Assembly: GCA_030066715.1 (NCBI GenBank)
Contig: JASJBC010000004.1
Span: forward strand, 1-58,045
DNA length: 58,045 nt
Source of the DNA: Acidimicrobiia bacterium
GTDB taxonomy: Bacteria; Actinomycetota; Acidimicrobiia; Spongiisociales; UBA5794
Direction: 5' to 3'
The translations under genes were made by a program, and so were the position numbers. Below are positions 36,706 through 44,729 of this stretch, one piece after another. Every line of letters begins with the position of its first letter. Positions within the stretch are counted from its first letter, which is position 1. The notes under the pieces were generated by a model. It saw only the letters and a list, made by a program, of their open reading frames with translations. It had not been told where the DNA came from and did no database searches.

Positions 36706-36788
36706 GAGAAACATGTCCTCACCGGGCGATTTCGTTCGTAAGTAGGGTGAGAGCGGGGTCAGCCCGCGCCAACCTATGAGGAGACATC

Positions 36789-37178
36789 ATGAGTCAGTAC
36801 CTTCTTGCTACTTACGTAGTCGAGGGCGAGGCCCCATCCGGCCCCAGCAGTCCTGAAGAGATGCAGGCCGCCATGCAGCGGCTGATCGCGCTCGAGGCGG
36901 AGATGGAGGAGACCGGCTCCTTCGTCTTTGGCGGCGGTCTGCACGGTGCGGACGCAGCAACCGTCGTCGGTGTTGAGGAAGGCGAGGTTCTGCTCACCGA
37001 TGGTCCCTTCGCTGAGGCGAAGGAGCACATCGCCGGGTTTTACATCATCAACGCTCCCGATTTGGACGCCGCGCTCGAGTGGGCCGGGAAGGTCGCGAAG
37101 ACGATCAACCGCCGTATCGAGGTCCGTCCCTTCGCCGCCACCGGCAAGGTCGCCGACCACATGGATCAGATGTCGTAG
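36789..37178 (+). CDS. YCII-related (DGPF-domain) protein
   Basis: TDGPFAEAKEHIAGFYIINAPDLDAALEWA contains the DGPF signature. 129 aa. RBS GAGGAG. Confidence 0.8.
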   Translation: MSQYLLATYVVEGEAPSGPSSPEEMQAAMQRLIALEAEMEETGSFVFGGGLHGADAATVVGVEEGEVLLTDGPFAEAKEHIAGFYIINAPDLDAALEWAGKVAKTINRRIEVRPFAATGKVADHMDQMS

Positions 37179-37184
37179 GACCCT

Positions 37185-38399
37185 ATGCCGTCCCTACCCA
37201 TCAGCGGCGAGGTCGAGCGGACCTTTCGGGATGCCCATGGCCAAGCTGTCGCGACCCTGGTCCGTGTCTTTGGTGACATCGATCTAGCCGAGGACGCGGT
37301 CCAGGATGCCTTTGTCGTCGCCAGCGAGCGCTGGCCCCGCGACGGATTGCCACCCAACCCGGCCGGGTGGATCGTGACCACAGCGCGGAGAAGGGCAATC
37401 GACGTGCTTCGTCGCGCGGAACGCGGCGACCAGCTGAACGTGGAACTGGCGATTGGTGCGGCGGGGGACTCGTATCCGAGCGAGGAGGAGATCTTGCAGG
37501 ACGACCAGCTTCGCCTCATGTTCACCTGCTGTCACCCGTCCTTGCGCACGGAGCACCAGGTCGCCCTCACGTTGCGCTTGCTCGGTGGCCTGACAGTGGA
37601 GGAGGTTGCGCAGTCGTTTCTCGTGAGTGAGCACGCAATGGCGAAGCGGTTGGTCAGAGCCAAGTACAAGATCAAAGCGGCGAGGATTCCATATCGGGTA
37701 CCGACCGGTGCCGAGCTGCCGGATCGTCTGCGTGCGGTGCTGAGTGTGGTGTATTTGATCTACAACACCGGGGCAGACGGCGAGGGGCGAGATGCTCTGC
37801 GGGCCGATGCGATTCGGCTGGGGAGATCGCTTGCCGACTTGATGCCGGACGAGCCCGAGGTATCGGGCCTGCTGGCGCTGATGCTGCTCAACGAGTCACG
37901 CATGCCGGCGCGCGGCAGCAACGGTGCGGTGATCCTGCTGAGCGAGCAGGATCGGACACGGTGGGATCGCAACCTGATCGCCGAGGGGCAGGCGATCGTG
38001 CGTTCGTGCATAAGGCGTGGGCAACCCGGCCCCTACCAACTGCAGGCAGCGATTCAGGCAGTCCACTGTCATGCGCAGACCTACGAGGACACGGACTGGA
38101 GACAGATTGTCACCATCTACGACCAGCTCGTGGAGGTGAGTCCGACCCCGGTTGTTGCACTCAACCGGGCGATTGCGGTCGGCGAAACTGAGGGTGCGGG
38201 CGCCGCCCTCGCTCTCCTCGACGGCCTTGGCGCCCAGCTCTCGGACTATCACCTCCTCCACGCTGCCAGAGGAACGATGCTGCGCAGGCTGGATCAGGCA
38301 ACGGCGGCCCGCGATGCCTTTGCACGGGCCCTAGACCTGGCGACGACGGAGACGGATCGCTCCTTCCTCGCCCGCCAGATCGATTCGCTGGCTGTCTAG
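37185..38399 (+). CDS. ECF sigma factor with long C-terminal TPR-like extension (ECF42-type)
   Basis: Region 2 DAVQDAFVVASERW and region 4 LGGLTVEEVAQSFLVSEHAMAKRLVRAKYKI, followed by a helical extension of about 200 aa. Sits directly after a DGPF gene, the context described for group ECF42. Confidence 0.8.
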   Translation: MPSLPISGEVERTFRDAHGQAVATLVRVFGDIDLAEDAVQDAFVVASERWPRDGLPPNPAGWIVTTARRRAIDVLRRAERGDQLNVELAIGAAGDSYPSEEEILQDDQLRLMFTCCHPSLRTEHQVALTLRLLGGLTVEEVAQSFLVSEHAMAKRLVRAKYKIKAARIPYRVPTGAELPDRLRAVLSVVYLIYNTGADGEGRDALRADAIRLGRSLADLMPDEPEVSGLLALMLLNESRMPARGSNGAVILLSEQDRTRWDRNLIAEGQAIVRSCIRRGQPGPYQLQAAIQAVHCHAQTYEDTDWRQIVTIYDQLVEVSPTPVVALNRAIAVGETEGAGAALALLDGLGAQLSDYHLLHAARGTMLRRLDQATAARDAFARALDLATTETDRSFLARQIDSLAV

Positions 38400-39346
38400 G
38401 CGTAGGCGGCAGTGGTCTCGTCGAGGATCTCCCACAGACGGTTCTGTTCGGCGGAGGTCTCGATTGTGCTCTTCAGGCGATATTCCGAACGAACCTCGCG
38501 GTCGTGCCACAGCTTGCCGGTCTCGACGCCGCCCCTTGCAGAGGAGGCGAGCCAGAGGATCGTGTCGGCTCCCTGCTCCGGACTGCGCAGTAGCGGACGG
38601 GTCAGACGATGGAAGCCGGGCAACGAGTCTCGCACGCCGGGAGTGTCGACCCATCCCGGGTGGGTAGCGTTGACCGTGACGCCGGTGCCCGCCAGCCGGT
38701 CGGCCCACATCTTGGTGAGGACCATCAGTCGCCGTTTGGCGCGGGCATAGGCAACAGCACCTCGGTAGTCCCCGTCTTCGCTCTGCATGTCGTCCAGCGT
38801 GAGAGGCTGCGTGTACATGCCTCCCGAGATCACATTGATGATCCGGGACGGCGCCGACTCGCGCAGCCGGTCGAGAAGCCTGTTGGTGAGAAGAAACGGA
38901 GCAACGAGGTTCGTGGCGTGGGCGAGCTCCAAACCCTCATCCGTGAACTGCCGCTCGGCGGGCAGCACGACTGCGTTGTTGATTAGCACGTGGATCACGG
39001 GCTCGCCTTCCAGTATCGAGTCGGCCACGGCGGCGACTTCGGACATGAGGGAAAGGTCGGCGATGTAGTAGCGGATGTCGTCGTGTCCGGCGATAGCGGC
39101 CAGTTCGTCCCGAAGCGCCCGAGCCTTCTCGGCGTTGCGGGCGACGAAGCGAAGCCTGGCGCCACGGCGGACCGCCTCGATGGCGACGGTCGTGCCGATG
39201 CCGGAGGTGGCCCCGGTGATCAATACGACCCGGTCGGCAAGGGCATCGTCGGAGATCGCGTCCCATTGCTTGGAACGGACCTTGTGACCGATTGTCGTGA
39301 AGCTGCCGACCACCGAAGCCTCGAGCAGAGAGTCAAGGCGGCTCAT
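38396..39346 (-). CDS. short-chain dehydrogenase/reductase (SDR)
   Basis: VVLITGATSGIGTTVA and YARAKRRL (YxxxK). Starts 4 nt after the anti-sigma stop on the same strand. Confidence 0.85.
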   Translation of the reverse strand: MSRLDSLLEASVVGSFTTIGHKVRSKQWDAISDDALADRVVLITGATSGIGTTVAIEAVRRGARLRFVARNAEKARALRDELAAIAGHDDIRYYIADLSLMSEVAAVADSILEGEPVIHVLINNAVVLPAERQFTDEGLELAHATNLVAPFLLTNRLLDRLRESAPSRIINVISGGMYTQPLTLDDMQSEDGDYRGAVAYARAKRRLMVLTKMWADRLAGTGVTVNATHPGWVDTPGVRDSLPGFHRLTRPLLRSPEQGADTILWLASSARGGVETGKLWHDREVRSEYRLKSTIETSAEQNRLWEILDETTAAYA

Positions 39347-39349
39347 GTG

Positions 39350-40057
39350 TCAGATGTCCTCGCGCAGCCAAACTGCGGTTGGGGCGACCTCGGAGACCAC
39401 AACACCGCCGGCGACCTCGTTGGAGATGGCGATGCCGTTGATGTTGCCTTCGGCACGGAACTGGACCACGTCCGGGTCGTTACCGAGCAAGCCGGCAGAG
39501 ATGACCCTGTCGTCGACGATCAGCCACAGTTGATAGGTGTGCTCATCATCGAGTCGCGGCAGGGTGTCGGCGATCACGTAGCCGGTGCCGTCGTCTGCGA
39601 TGACGACCTCCGGCGCGATCTCCAGCATTCCGTCCGGGGAAGCAAGCGTTACGGCAAAGGAGTCGGGGGAGGAGGCTGCGGCGGCTGCCAATGACCTGGG
39701 ATCCGTGGTGTCGGTACGAATGGCGAGGAGGGACGTTACGCCCACCGCCACCACAGCGACAATGACAGCCGCCGCAAGCATGAAGGATCGGGGCCACCAG
39801 CTGCGACCAGCCGCGGCTTGAGGCGGTGGCTCAGGGGAGGTGATGCCGGCCTCGGCGCTGATCCGGTCCCACAGCGCGGGTGATGCTGCAGGCACTATGT
39901 CTGGCAGCCCGTCTGTGAGGACTTCCGCCACACGACGGAAAGAGGCGACCTCGTCGGCCAGTTCGTGGTTCAGGTTGTCTTCGAATGCAGCGGCTTCGTC
40001 GGCGGGCATTGCGTCCAGCGCATATGCCGCTGCGTCGTCGAGATTATGCAAATCCAT
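39350..40057 (-). CDS. anti-sigma factor, RskA (anti-sigma-K) type, single-pass membrane protein
   Basis: N-terminal AAAYALDAMPADEAAAFE. Central TM FMLAAAVIVAVVAVGVTSLLA. C-terminal YQLWLIVDDRVISAGLLG is RskA-domain-like. Overlaps the sigma gene by 14 nt. Confidence 0.75.
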   Translation of the reverse strand: MDLHNLDDAAAYALDAMPADEAAAFEDNLNHELADEVASFRRVAEVLTDGLPDIVPAASPALWDRISAEAGITSPEPPPQAAAGRSWWPRSFMLAAAVIVAVVAVGVTSLLAIRTDTTDPRSLAAAAASSPDSFAVTLASPDGMLEIAPEVVIADDGTGYVIADTLPRLDDEHTYQLWLIVDDRVISAGLLGNDPDVVQFRAEGNINGIAISNEVAGGVVVSEVAPTAVWLREDI

Positions 40058-40637
40058 TCAGCTCAGTCCCCAGCGTGTCGCGGAGTTTTGCCATCCCGGA
40101 CCGGATGCGGCTCTTGACCGTTCCTTCGGGGACTCCGAGTTCGGTGGCGACCTTGCGGTACGAGTACCCGAGGTAGAAGGCCATCGCAATCGGAGCCCGC
40201 TCGGTTTCCTTGAGTTCGTCAAGGGCGGTGCGGACCCGTTCCGAGGTGATCATCTTCATTGCCTCTTCTTCGGGACTGTCTGCATATCTGGATGACTGGC
40301 GCTCGTTGGCGATTTCCCGCTTGGACCGAGCTTCTTCGGAACGGATCAAATCAACGCTACGGCCGTGGGCATCGAGCTTGAGAAAAGAGGCGAGTGAACC
40401 ACGGTCGGAGTCGAATCGCTCTGGCCGCTGCCAGAGCCGCACGAAGACATCCTGCGTCACATCCTGGGCGAGTTCTTCGCGGCGGAGAAGGCCGTATGCA
40501 ACCCGGTAGACGCGGTGTCCGTAAACACGGTACGCCTCGCTGAGAGCTTCCGAGTCCTGGTTGGCGATCCGCTGGGCTAGATAGGCGTCTGCCTGCCGGG
40601 TTGTGGTCTGCTGGAGCTTTGTTGCTGTCTGGTTCAT
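40044..40637 (-). CDS. ECF sigma factor (SigK-like)
   Basis: ATG 40637 lies behind GGAGGGA. Region 2 AQDVTQDVFVRLWQRPERF. Region 4 APIAMAFYLGYSYRKVATELGVPEGTVKSRIRSGMAKL. Confidence 0.85.
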   Translation of the reverse strand: MNQTATKLQQTTTRQADAYLAQRIANQDSEALSEAYRVYGHRVYRVAYGLLRREELAQDVTQDVFVRLWQRPERFDSDRGSLASFLKLDAHGRSVDLIRSEEARSKREIANERQSSRYADSPEEEAMKMITSERVRTALDELKETERAPIAMAFYLGYSYRKVATELGVPEGTVKSRIRSGMAKLRDTLGTELNGFA

Positions 40638-40652
40638 GGGTCCCTCCATGTG

Positions 40653-40692
40653 ATTTAGTACTAAATAAACCATACGATGTGTAACTTGTCAA
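40653..40692 (-). promoter_or_regulatory. sigma-70-type promoter of the ECF sigma operon with an overlapping 14-bp perfect palindrome
   Basis: Minus strand reads TTGACA (40687-40692), 17 nt, TTTATT (40664-40669). ATTTAGTACTAAAT (40653-40666) overlaps the -10 and the predicted transcription start. Confidence 0.45.
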
Positions 40693-40737
40693 GTGCTTTG
40701 TTTGTTGAACCCCTGCGGAGTAGCTCTCAGCTTCGAC

Positions 40738-40767
40738 TTGCAATCGAGACGCTTTTGGCACTAAATA
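40738..40767 (+). promoter_or_regulatory. candidate promoter of the B12-regulator gene (predicts a leaderless mRNA)
   Basis: TTGCAA (40738-40743), 18 nt, TAAATA (40762-40767). ATG at 40774 is 7 nt after the -10. The -10 is embedded in cACTAAATA, the same 8-mer as the right half of the palindrome 100 bp upstream. Confidence 0.4.
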
Positions 40768-40773
40768 GAGGGT

Positions 40774-41589
40774 ATGAGCGAATCGCACCTGACCCTGCAC
40801 GAGGTCGCCGACGAGCTGGGCGTCCACTACATGACCGTCTACCGGTATGTCCGTCTCGGGTATCTGCCGGCGCACAAGGAGGGCGGCTCGTGGCGCGTTG
40901 AGCGCAAGGACCTCGACGACTTCGTCGCCGAGCCCGAGGCCGTGCGGGGAAGAGGCCAGTCGGACACGGCATGGGACCAACGGCTGGTGCAGAGGTTGCT
41001 TGCGGCCGATCAGGCCGGGTCGTGGAAGGTCGTCGAGGCCGCACAGGCTTCTGGGATGGAGCTGCGCTCGGTCTACATGGAAATGATCATCCCGGCCATG
41101 CGTTCTGTAGGGGAGCAGTGGGAGCAGGGCTCGGTTTCGATCGCGCAGGAGCACGCCGCTTCGCAGGTCATGGTGCGACTCGTTTCGCGACTGTCGGCTC
41201 AGATAGCCCGTCGCGGAGTTTCCAAAGGCACCATCGTCGTGGGTACGACGGCAACGGATCTGCACACACTGCCGCTGATGCTCGCCGCCGATCTAATCCG
41301 TCTCGAGGGGTTCGAGGTGCTCGATCTCGGCTCCAACCTCCCCGCTTCATCGTTTGCCGAGACGGCGGCCGTGCAACAGCGACTGGTTGCCGTGGGCATA
41401 AGCGTCACCGCGCCCGATCAGGCCAACGCGATTCAGGAAACCATCGCCGAGCTGCGTTCCCAGGTCGATGTCCCGATCTTCATCGGAGGTTCGGCCATAG
41501 ACGGTCCCGAGCACGCCAAGCTGCTGGGGGCAGACTTCGGCGGGCCCGGTGTTAACGACGTGGTGCCCGAATTGCTCGATCTGGTTTAG
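40774..41589 (+). CDS. HTH (excisionase/MerR-superfamily) regulator with B12-binding_2 and cobalamin-binding domains
   Basis: LTLHEVADELGVHYMTVYRYVRLGYLPA is the HTH. IPAMRSVGEQWEQGSVSIAQEHAAS is the helical B12-binding_2 block. VVGTTATDLHTLPL (DxHxxG-like, with P replacing G) and IFIGGSAI form the Rossmann B12 domain. Confidence 0.8.
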   Translation: MSESHLTLHEVADELGVHYMTVYRYVRLGYLPAHKEGGSWRVERKDLDDFVAEPEAVRGRGQSDTAWDQRLVQRLLAADQAGSWKVVEAAQASGMELRSVYMEMIIPAMRSVGEQWEQGSVSIAQEHAASQVMVRLVSRLSAQIARRGVSKGTIVVGTTATDLHTLPLMLAADLIRLEGFEVLDLGSNLPASSFAETAAVQQRLVAVGISVTAPDQANAIQETIAELRSQVDVPIFIGGSAIDGPEHAKLLGADFGGPGVNDVVPELLDLV

Positions 41590-43787
41590 CCGCCGAGGTC
41601 TGTCGCAAGCAGGCGGAACGACTCGAGTCCTTGTGCCAGTGCCTGGGCGAGGGCGGCGAGTTCGGTATCTGCGATATTGATCTCGATCGGCACGTCGAGG
41701 TTCACCGGAACTTCGGTTTCGACCGGGATGGTCTCGTTCACCGGGATCGACACATCGAGATCGATCGGAAGATCGAGTTGTATCGGAACCGTGATATCCA
41801 GCGGGATGTCGATTCCGAACGGGCCGTTGATCGTGATGGTGGTATCGAACTCCTCATCGATCGGCAGCGTCGTCCGAATCGGAACCTGCAGTGTCCGGTC
41901 GAGGACGACCTCTGTGCTGATCGGTACGGTCTCGTCGATCCGGACATCGAACCGGATGGTCGAGTTGGCGAACTCGTCAATACCGACCACGGCCTCGCCG
42001 AGGGCCGAGTCGATGGTCGGCCCGAGACCACCAAGTTGGTCCTGGAATGCCGTCACCTGAGCCGCATAGAGGGCGGCACCCCCTTCCACCCGAGCCATGT
42101 CGGCCTCGAGTTGGTCCTGACGCTCCTGCGCCACCGCCAGGTCGTCCGCCAGCGAGCCAACCCGCGTGGCCAGATACAGCGTTGTTGCCGCCAGCGCAAA
42201 GATGAGCACGGCGGCGCCAATCGTGATCGGAGTCAGAATGCGATTCGTGGTCACGGGCACCCCCTCGGCTGCCGATTCGGGAACTGGTTCTGGGTCCTGG
42301 TCGGGCGAGCGGCGCATCATCCAGGCGACGAGCCACGCCACCACCATGACAAAGCCTGCGGCGACGAAGGTCTCCGCCATTGCCGCCGCGGTCAGATCGG
42401 CCGACGCTTCTGCGACTCTTGCTGCGTAGTCCGGGGCGTCCAATGGCGGGAGATCCATCTCCGTCCTCAGCTGGTTGAAGCGGTAGAGGCCCCACGCAGT
42501 GAGACCGGAGAGCCCGACAGACAGACCGATGAGCCGGAGCACCATGACGAGACTGGCTGCCGTCCCCCGTCGATCGGCCGGGGCACTGTCGACCACGGCG
42601 GCCGTCGTCGGGGCCATCACCAGGCCAAAGCCAACTCCGAGCAGCGCCAGTTCGGCCCCCATCACGGCGTAGCTCGTTTCGGTGTCCCAGCCGTAGCCCA
42701 TCAGGAAGAAGGCCAGAGCAGCGAGCCCCAACCCCATCAAGACCGGGGGTCGATACCAGCGGCTCTCGGTCACACGGCCTCCGACGTAGGAGGCCACCGA
42801 CATCGACGCGGTCAGTGCGCTGAGCACCCAGCCGGTGATCACCGCTGCCCGCTCCAGATCCAACTCAACGACGTTGATGAAGAGGGGCACGTTGACCATG
42901 GCGATCGCAAGCGTGCCGCCGACGAAGAAGTTCACCCCGACCGCCGCGCGCAGGTTGCGCCCGCGGAACAGGCCCGGATCGATGAGGGGATCAGGGACGC
43001 GTCGCTGCCAGAGCACAAATCCAACTCCGGCGATCACCGCCACTGGGTACAGCCAGACGAGCGCCGCCCGGCTCCCGCCGGTGAGCTCCTCCAAACCCGT
43101 CACGCTCTGGATCTCTGCCGGGCCCAGCAATGCGAGGTTCAGGGCGACGAGGGCAACGGTGAGCAGACCGGCGCCGACCCAATCGATCCGCGCCTTCCGC
43201 TCGGTTTCTGTGGCGTCGCTGAGCACATACCAGGCGGCGACGATGCCGAGGATCGCCAACGGGATGTTGAAGTAGAACTGCCACCGCCAGGCGAGGAAGC
43301 GGATGATCATCGCACCGTAGAGGGGACCCCACACCCAACCGAGTGTGTCGACGGCCGCGAGAACCCCGAGGGAGCGGGCACGCTTGCGGGTCTCGTAGAC
43401 ATCGCTGACCGCGGCCATGCCGATGGGGACGAGGGCACCGCCGCCCATGGCGGTCATGACCCGGCCGACGAGGAACGGGCCGAGCGTGTTGGTCATCGGG
43501 ATGATGATCGAGCCGATGAGGAAGATGCTGAGGGCCGCTATGTAGACCCGCCGCCGACCGAACACATCGCTCAGCCTGCCCATGAACGGCATGACCGACA
43601 CGTAGGCAATGAGGTAGACGTTGACGATCCAGGCGGCGTCGTCGATTCCGTCGGGGAGAACGATGCCGAGATCGTTGATTATCGGCCGCAGCATTGTCGT
43701 GACGACGGTGAGGTCGTCGGCGGCGATGAAGATGCCGAACGCAACGACGATCAGGACGGTGCGCGGGGATGCCTGTCGCCTAGCCAC
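41586..43787 (-). CDS. MFS drug/lipid exporter (14-TM DHA2 type, P55/Rv1410c-like) with a 240-aa C-terminal extension
   Basis: GTG start 6 nt after the lprG-like stop. MFS motifs (GRLSDVFGRRR). About 14 TM segments, then an extra TM, a coiled-coil-like segment and a hexapeptide-periodic tail. Confidence 0.85.
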   Translation of the reverse strand: MARRQASPRTVLIVVAFGIFIAADDLTVVTTMLRPIINDLGIVLPDGIDDAAWIVNVYLIAYVSVMPFMGRLSDVFGRRRVYIAALSIFLIGSIIIPMTNTLGPFLVGRVMTAMGGGALVPIGMAAVSDVYETRKRARSLGVLAAVDTLGWVWGPLYGAMIIRFLAWRWQFYFNIPLAILGIVAAWYVLSDATETERKARIDWVGAGLLTVALVALNLALLGPAEIQSVTGLEELTGGSRAALVWLYPVAVIAGVGFVLWQRRVPDPLIDPGLFRGRNLRAAVGVNFFVGGTLAIAMVNVPLFINVVELDLERAAVITGWVLSALTASMSVASYVGGRVTESRWYRPPVLMGLGLAALAFFLMGYGWDTETSYAVMGAELALLGVGFGLVMAPTTAAVVDSAPADRRGTAASLVMVLRLIGLSVGLSGLTAWGLYRFNQLRTEMDLPPLDAPDYAARVAEASADLTAAAMAETFVAAGFVMVVAWLVAWMMRRSPDQDPEPVPESAAEGVPVTTNRILTPITIGAAVLIFALAATTLYLATRVGSLADDLAVAQERQDQLEADMARVEGGAALYAAQVTAFQDQLGGLGPTIDSALGEAVVGIDEFANSTIRFDVRIDETVPISTEVVLDRTLQVPIRTTLPIDEEFDTTITINGPFGIDIPLDITVPIQLDLPIDLDVSIPVNETIPVETEVPVNLDVPIEINIADTELAALAQALAQGLESFRLLATDLGG

Positions 43788-43792
43788 TCCGT

Positions 43793-44500
43793 TCAGCCCT
43801 CTGTGTCGGGCGGCGTGATTTCAACCGGTTCGTCGAAATCCCAGAACTCGATGAACCAGTCGCTGGTCTGACCCTCGTGGACGGTTGCCAGGTCCGCCTC
43901 CCTGACGTAGCCGGTCACAGGGTCGATCCACATGTCGAGGTCCACCGCTTGTCTCTGGATCAAACCGGCCAGTATCAGCGCTACCCGATCCTCGTCGGCC
44001 GCAGCCCTGATGTGATAGCGCGCCTCTCCGTTCCGTTCCTCCTCGCCGATCCACACGACGTCGCTGAGACCGCTTGCCAGCAGCGGTCGCCAACCGAGTT
44101 CCGGGTCGAACAGGGTCGCCGGATCGAACACATATCCCGCCGGGGCATCCTCCCACTCACCGGTGATCGGGTTTGTCAGCCACGTTCTCCCGTCGATGGC
44201 GATGGCGCCGATCTGGGCGTTGATGTTGCCCACTTCGAGAGTGACGACTGCATTTGCTGAGCTCGGTGCGGCGAATTGGCCCTCAGCGACCGAAAAGTTG
44301 AGGGTGTCGAGCGGGTCGATGTAGACGGGCGCACCGCCTCGCTCGATCTTGAACCGTACCGAGTCCACCTCTCCCATGGCCGTGGCAGCCGCATCGAGAA
44401 CCACATCCGGGTCGGGGGGGATTGTCTCGACAGGTTCGCTACTCGAGCAAGCGACGGCCAGCAGGCTCAGGGCCAGGGCGAGTGCCCGGAGGTGTTTCAT
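43793..44500 (-). CDS. LppX/LprAFG-family lipoprotein (LprG-like)
   Basis: MKHLRALALALSLLAVAC lipobox. About 235 aa. Family-typical ...SVRFKIERGG...AIAIDGRTWLTNPITGEW... pattern. Located directly upstream of the MFS gene, as in mycobacterial lprG-Rv1410c. Confidence 0.7.
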   Translation of the reverse strand: MKHLRALALALSLLAVACSSSEPVETIPPDPDVVLDAAATAMGEVDSVRFKIERGGAPVYIDPLDTLNFSVAEGQFAAPSSANAVVTLEVGNINAQIGAIAIDGRTWLTNPITGEWEDAPAGYVFDPATLFDPELGWRPLLASGLSDVVWIGEEERNGEARYHIRAAADEDRVALILAGLIQRQAVDLDMWIDPVTGYVREADLATVHEGQTSDWFIEFWDFDEPVEITPPDTEG

Positions 44501-44570
44501 GCGGCCACCCTAACGCCCGCTCGTTTTGTGGCGCTACGATCGATCCCGGGGTCCAGCAGAAGGAACTCAC

Positions 44571-44729
44571 ATGTTGCAGAACGGCTCTTCGGGGAAGGGC
44601 GTGACCCGGCTCCAGAAGCGTCTCGCTGCGACAGGCCCGGCAGCAAACGCCGTGGTCGATGCGGCGGTGACCGCAGCTCTCGAGACGCTGAGCGACTTCG
44701 GCGACGCGCCCGCCTCGGTGTGGAGGTGA
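44571..44729 (+). CDS. hypothetical small protein (degenerate peptidoglycan-binding-like motif)
   Basis: GAAGGA lies 7 nt before the ATG. GC-rich third positions. GSSGKGVTRLQKRL resembles the start of PG_binding_1. The stop overlaps the GNAT start (GTGA). Confidence 0.35.
   Translation: MLQNGSSGKGVTRLQKRLAATGPAANAVVDAAVTAALETLSDFGDAPASVWR

Noticed and set aside
41631-43871. 746-aa plus-strand ORF antisense to the P55-like MFS gene
   Set aside because: The composition is low-complexity and rich in charged residues. The opposite strand encodes a coherent 14-TM transporter coupled to lprG. Shadow ORF.
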